IMG/VR virus record: IMGVR_UViG_2711768060_000003
Direction: 5' to 3' (one strand)
DNA: 10,239 nucleotides
Source of the DNA: a virus
Taxonomy: Duplodnaviria; Heunggongvirae; Uroviricota; Caudoviricetes
The position numbers and the translations under genes are program-made. Each line of letters opens with the position of its first letter. Position 1 is the first letter of the stretch. Of the stretch, positions 7,773 to 10,239 are shown in pieces. The notes under the pieces were generated by a model. It ran no database searches and was not told the origin of the DNA. It was given only the letters and a program-made list of their open reading frames with translations.

Positions 7773-8475
7773 ACGAAGCAGTGCCCGACAGCGACGGCTG
7801 GCACGAAACCTCGTCGTCGATATTGATGAAGATGAGGTGCTGAAAATTGTCGCTAAACTGGGTGGGTCAAAAAGTCAGATCCGTAAAGCCTGGGGCGTGG
7901 CGCTGAAAAGAGCCGCGTCTGCACTGCGGATGAAGGCTATGGCAGAGTTTAAAAAACAGGTTGCCCCACGCAGTCAGAAAATGATCAAAAAGCGTGTTCT
8001 GCATAATTTTATCATTCGTCGTAACGGTGATGAGTTTGATGAGGCGAAGGTATGGTTCGGTCTGAACGCCATCAAAGTACGCGATCTGCGCGGACGCATC
8101 AGTGGGGGACGACGCGGTGAACGCCATCAGTTGCGCGATGAGCGGGGGCGTTTTGCACCAGCTTCCCGCCGCAGGGAGGCACGGGAGGTCCGTTTTAAAC
8201 CTGCCGGGGAATCCCTGCCTGTCACCACCTGGTCAACGGATGATGCCTTTATCAACCAGTTCGAAGCGGAAAATCGTAACGGACGTATATCAAAAAGGAA
8301 AACGATACTGATCCGACAGGCATCCGGACGACGGAGGGTGCGTGAAGCGGAAATTGATATTTATGAAGCCATGCTGAACCGTATCGAGGATTTTGTTTTT
8401 CCGGATGCGGAAGCACTGATCCTGAAAAATTTTGAGCATGAACTGAAATTCCGGGTATTTAAGGGGCTGGAGTGA
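7753..8475 (+). CDS. Hypothetical Arg/Lys-rich virion morphogenesis-position protein (240 aa from ATG 7753; ORF open from TTG 7657)
   Basis: Long ORF in the late operon between the head-tail adaptor and baseplate genes. Very basic (e.g. GRRGERHQLRDERGRFAPASRRREAREVRF). No family recognised. Start uncertain: TTG 7657, ATG 7666 or ATG 7753. Confidence 0.5.
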   Translation: MAVREHERSSARQRRLARNLVVDIDEDEVLKIVAKLGGSKSQIRKAWGVALKRAASALRMKAMAEFKKQVAPRSQKMIKKRVLHNFIIRRNGDEFDEAKVWFGLNAIKVRDLRGRISGGRRGERHQLRDERGRFAPASRRREAREVRFKPAGESLPVTTWSTDDAFINQFEAENRNGRISKRKTILIRQASGRRRVREAEIDIYEAMLNRIEDFVFPDAEALILKNFEHELKFRVFKGLE

Positions 8476-9038
8476 TGGAGCCATTGATGATGGGCGCCTG
8501 GCATCAGGCGGTGATTGACAGTCTGAAACAAATTCCCTGGGTGGAAGATGCCGATGAGTACCCGGAAAAAGTGACGCAACTGGTGACGCCTGCCGTGTTT
8601 GTGGATGTGCCTGGCTGGGACAAAGCTCCGTTTGCCAGCGGACAGACGCGGGTCACGCTGAAATGTGATCTGTTTGTGGTGACAGACCGGGTCGGGAAGA
8701 CGGAAAACGTGCCAAAACCGCAGATTTTTGCCCGTTGTCTGGCGATGGATTTATCTGACTGGATTGAGGGAGCCACGTTCGGGCTGGATAACGTTGATCC
8801 GGCGGTTTTTATCGATGCTGAGGTGGATACCTTCGACCGGCTGCTGGATGACTACATCGTTTTCCGTGTCTCTTTTGAACAGGACATTCCGGTCGGCGAA
8901 GATCCGTTTGCGGTTCCGGCAGGTGCACCGTTACAGGAAGTCTGGCTGGGTAAAGTACCGGAAACCGGCAAGAGACATGAGCAGGATTATCGTCTTATCT
9001 GGAAATCGGAGGGCACCGGTGATGAGTCTGGCGGATGA
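8475..9038 (+). CDS. Hypothetical acidic phage structural/assembly protein (about 187 aa), possible tail-completion analogue
   Basis: ATG 8475 overlaps the upstream stop as TGATG. Alternative ATG 8487 has GGAG (8477-8480) 6 nt upstream. Lies immediately before gpV, the slot occupied by tail-completion genes R and S in P2. No confident family assignment. Confidence 0.5.
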   Translation: MEPLMMGAWHQAVIDSLKQIPWVEDADEYPEKVTQLVTPAVFVDVPGWDKAPFASGQTRVTLKCDLFVVTDRVGKTENVPKPQIFARCLAMDLSDWIEGATFGLDNVDPAVFIDAEVDTFDRLLDDYIVFRVSFEQDIPVGEDPFAVPAGAPLQEVWLGKVPETGKRHEQDYRLIWKSEGTGDESGG

Positions 9039-9645
9039 AGTGGCAGAGTTACGCCGCAGGGTGGCGGACATGGTCCGTCGCGGCGTGGTGGACGAGGTGA
9101 TCCCGGGTAGCCCGGTGATGGTTCGGGTGGATATCGGGGATGTGCTTTCGCCGCCGTTACCCTGGATTCAGGTGCAGTCCGGACGCTACATGCAGGTCAG
9201 TAATTATCCGGCCCCCGGAGATGCCGTTACGGTGATATCGGAGGCGGGCGATCTGCGTAACGGTCGGGTGTATCCGGGGGCCAATATTGACGCTATCCCT
9301 GTCCCTGAGGGCAGTGAATACGAACATGTTATTTTGTTTGATACCGGAACGAAAATCCGTTACGACCGTCAGGCTAATGCCCTGTCCATCACGCTGGCTG
9401 AAGGCGGCAGCTATAAAATTACCGGCAGGGGAACTCTGGACGGCCCGGTAGAAATCACAGACACCCTGACCGTACAGGGTAAAGCAACCATGAATGCTGA
9501 GGCGGTGGTTAAGGCGGATCTGATGGTCGGTGGTGAGGTTTCTGATTATCACGGAACGATGAGTCAAATCAGAATTGTCTATAACGGTCACAATCACCGG
9601 GGCGACAGTGGTGGCAGCACCGGACAGCCTGGTCAGCAAATGTAA
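9022..9645 (+). CDS. V: Baseplate assembly protein V / central spike (P2 gpV-like, 207 aa)
   Basis: GGAGGG (9008-9013) 8 nt before ATG 9022. Length near P2 gpV (211 aa). C-terminal GHNHRGDSGG carries the HxH motif characteristic of gpV-type spike tips. Confidence 0.88.
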   Translation: MSLADEVAELRRRVADMVRRGVVDEVIPGSPVMVRVDIGDVLSPPLPWIQVQSGRYMQVSNYPAPGDAVTVISEAGDLRNGRVYPGANIDAIPVPEGSEYEHVILFDTGTKIRYDRQANALSITLAEGGSYKITGRGTLDGPVEITDTLTVQGKATMNAEAVVKADLMVGGEVSDYHGTMSQIRIVYNGHNHRGDSGGSTGQPGQQM

Positions 9646-9678
9646 TCTCCTTTCAGTTCTTTTTCCGGAATAAACAAC

Positions 9679-10035
9679 ATGATTGGTATTGATTCAGCCA
9701 CCGGCAGATATCTGCACGGTAACGAACATCTGCGCCAGTCCGTCACCGATATTTTGTCAACGCCGGTCGGCAGCCGGGTCCTGCTCAGGGAATACGGCAG
9801 CAGACTTTTCAGTCTGCTTGATAACCCACAGGATGATTTCACGCGGGTGAGAATAGTCCGTGAAACGGCAACCGCCCTTGAACGCTGGGAACCCCGACTG
9901 GCCCTCCGGCGGGTGGAGGTGACATGGACGGGAGAAGGAGGCGCCTGGCTGACGCTTGTCGGGGTGAATAACGAAACTCAGGAAACGATTCGACTCGAGG
10001 AGATAAAAATTGGCAACGTCTCAGGCCATTATTGA
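9679..10035 (+). CDS. W: Baseplate wedge protein W (P2 gpW / GPW_gp25 family, 118 aa)
   Basis: Segment SVTDILSTPVGSRVLLREYGS matches the conserved core of the P2 gpW / T4 gp25 family. Size matches P2 gpW (115 aa). Directly followed by a gpJ-like gene. Confidence 0.88.
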   Translation: MIGIDSATGRYLHGNEHLRQSVTDILSTPVGSRVLLREYGSRLFSLLDNPQDDFTRVRIVRETATALERWEPRLALRRVEVTWTGEGGAWLTLVGVNNETQETIRLEEIKIGNVSGHY

Positions 10036-10239
10036 TTTGTCCGCGATACCTGTACCGGATGTAGTGGATGTGCCGGACACCGCTGTGCTGGTCACTCAGA
10101 TAGTGGCGAAGTATCAGGAGCTGGATACGTTGTTTTCGGCTCTGGTGGAATCTGATCCCGCATATAAATGGGCAGAGGCGCTGGCTTATCGGGTGGCGCT
10201 GATGCGCCAGCAGATCAATGATGCTGTCCGTGCTGTACT
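10010..10239 (+). CDS. J: Baseplate protein J (P2 gpJ-like), 5' part only; continues beyond the window
   Basis: Frame open from TTG 10010 (GAGGAG at 9997-10002, 7 nt upstream; in-frame TAA just before). Translation (M)ATSQAIIDLSAIPVPDVVDV… parallels the P2 gpJ N-terminus MPIIDLNQLPAPDVVEE… as recalled. Overlaps the W end by 26 nt. Confidence 0.75.
   Translation, partial: MATSQAIIDLSAIPVPDVVDVPDTAVLVTQIVAKYQELDTLFSALVESDPAYKWAEALAYRVALMRQQINDAVRAV

Noticed and set aside
8728-9021. N-terminal 98-codon extension of the gpV ORF (ORF track start 8728)
   Set aside because: The extension lies entirely inside the upstream acidic-protein gene in another frame and is Arg/Trp-rich. ATG 9022 with GGAGGG upstream gives a gpV-sized protein.
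9598-9606. RGD tripeptide in the gpV-like spike
   Set aside because: A three-residue motif arises by chance. Integrin binding has no relevance to a bacterial host.
113-9842. Numerous minus-strand ORFs of 60-190 aa (e.g. 113-457, 812-1045, 994-1257, 1133-1507, 2706-3176, 2804-3133, 5680-6252, 6280-6684, 9157-9639, 9633-9842)
   Set aside because: All lie antisense to long, well-supported + strand structural genes, have low-complexity Arg/Ser/Cys-rich translations and no ribosome-binding context. Typical shadow ORFs in GC-moderate DNA.
1-10239. Search for tRNA, CRISPR repeats, integrase or transposase, toxin-antitoxin pairs or known defense-system signatures
   Set aside because: No regularly spaced direct repeats, no cloverleaf-like tRNA candidates, and every substantial ORF is accounted for by virion structural or assembly roles or is of unknown function within the structural operon.

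Overview
This window reads as the late (virion structural) operon of a mosaic tailed prophage, entirely on the + strand and densely packed with short gene overlaps. I found no clear defense, toxin or other non-structural system; the candidates worth a second look are listed as findings. Gene order is: a small unknown ORF (1-300); an AT-rich non-coding region that may hold the packaging site (301-587); terminase small subunit; lambda gpA-type terminase large subunit; a lambda gpW-like head completion protein; portal; a single ~700-aa ORF fusing an S49/ClpP-type prohead protease, a Gln/Ala-rich scaffold-like linker and a major capsid domain; an intrinsic terminator; a small head decoration-like protein; a head-tail adaptor; two unassigned proteins (one very basic, one acidic); then P2-type baseplate genes V, W and the start of J. 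The head module is therefore lambda-like and the tail start is P2-like, with the junction between about 7.7 and 9.0 kb. No tRNA, rRNA, CRISPR array or transposase was seen. All family assignments come from reading the translated ORFs and from recalled protein families; no database search was run. Coordinates follow the supplied ORF track, with starts refined by in-frame Met codons and Shine-Dalgarno spacing.
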